This document shows, one piece after another, positions 34,476 to 35,110 of a stretch of DNA of 35,110 nt. Under the pieces are notes generated by a model. It worked only from the letters and a program-made list of their open reading frames with translations, ran no database searches and was not told the DNA's origin. Numbering within the stretch: the first letter of the stretch is position 1; each line of letters starts with the position of its first letter. The translations under genes and the position numbers were made by a program. Source of the stretch: Candidatus Micrarchaeota archaeon (GTDB lineage: Archaea > Micrarchaeota > Micrarchaeia > Norongarragalinales > SBBD01); NCBI GenBank assembly GCA_043806595.1, contig JAZDGU010000057.1, forward strand, positions 1 to 35,110, written 5' to 3'.

Positions 34476-35110
34476 ATGGTCGAAATAACTAAGGGAATTA
34501 AGCTTGACGTGCGCGACAGACGGCTGCTGCGGGAGCTGGACATGGACGCGCGGGCATCGTATGCGGAATTGGGAAGGCGCATCGGAATCAGCAAGCAGGG
34601 AGCGGAATACAAGCTGAAGAACCTCGTGCGCCAGGGGGTCATCAGGGGGTTCTATCCCGTCGTCAACGTTCCGAGGCTGGGATACCTCTACTGCAGGCTG
34701 CTGGTGACGCTGCAGGACGTCTCCGCAAGGCAGACGGAGGCAATCGTGGAAGATTTGAAGAAGAATCCGGACGTGTTCTGGCTCTTCACGATGGATGGAG
34801 GGTTCGACCTGCTCGTCGTCTTCTGGGCGCGCTCGGTCTCGGATTTCCAGCGCATGGTCGCGGCTTTCCTCGAGAAGCACGGCAGGCACGTCAAGCGCAA
34901 GGTCGAGACCGTGGCAACGGACGTATGCCACCTGCCGCACAGATATCTGCTCGAAGAGGGGCCCGCTGCCGAGGTATCCATCAAGGAGACGGGTGAGAGG
35001 GTGGAAATCGACGCATTGGATAGGCGGATATTGGATGTCCTGGCCTCGGACGCGCGCATTCCGCTGGTTCAACAGGCTGCGGCGGTTGACGCCTCGCCCA
35101 AGACGGTCTC
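34476..35110 (+). CDS. Tandem (double) Lrp/AsnC-family transcription regulator, 3'-truncated by the window end
   Basis: Not in the ORF track. MVEITKGIKLDVRDRRLLRELDMDARASYAELGRRIGIS...L...GVIRGF...LGY...GGFDL, then a second unit IDALDRRILDVLASDARIPL. Confidence 0.92.
   Translation, partial: MVEITKGIKLDVRDRRLLRELDMDARASYAELGRRIGISKQGAEYKLKNLVRQGVIRGFYPVVNVPRLGYLYCRLLVTLQDVSARQTEAIVEDLKKNPDVFWLFTMDGGFDLLVVFWARSVSDFQRMVAAFLEKHGRHVKRKVETVATDVCHLPHRYLLEEGPAAEVSIKETGERVEIDALDRRILDVLASDARIPLVQQAAAVDASPKTV

Overview
GC-rich archaeal chromosome segment, inferred to be DPANN and most like Micrarchaeota. The evidence is TATA-box promoters, an intron-containing tRNA, archaeal-type SepF and FtsZ, DUF373, a tandem Lrp regulator and giant surface proteins. 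The left ~2.6 kb is an accessory island at the 3' end of tRNA-Met(CAT). It holds a truncated IS3 transposase, a truncated GNAT-like gene and a split, divergent hicA / wHTH / hicB module bracketed by ~130-bp diverged direct repeats that end in decayed copies of the tRNA 3' end. The 90-nt tRNA intron contains a k-turn and a C/D-like guide predicted to target C34 of its own pre-tRNA. The rest mixes housekeeping genes (tmk, folD, IMPase, sepF, nadA-nadB, ftsZ, HAD, pyrB-pyrI) with a PAP2/polyprenol-kinase fusion, a 3046-aa Cys-rich surface protein, an MNT-HEPN pair and a glycine/sarcosine N-methyltransferase homologue. The best candidate for an undescribed system is a two-gene operon: a 1471-aa surface-anchored protein with low-GC swapped segments, followed by a membrane-tethered, cage-less mini-Rhs carrying a low-GC HExxH C-terminal effector and no immunity gene. 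All calls come from motif recognition by eye; no searches were run.
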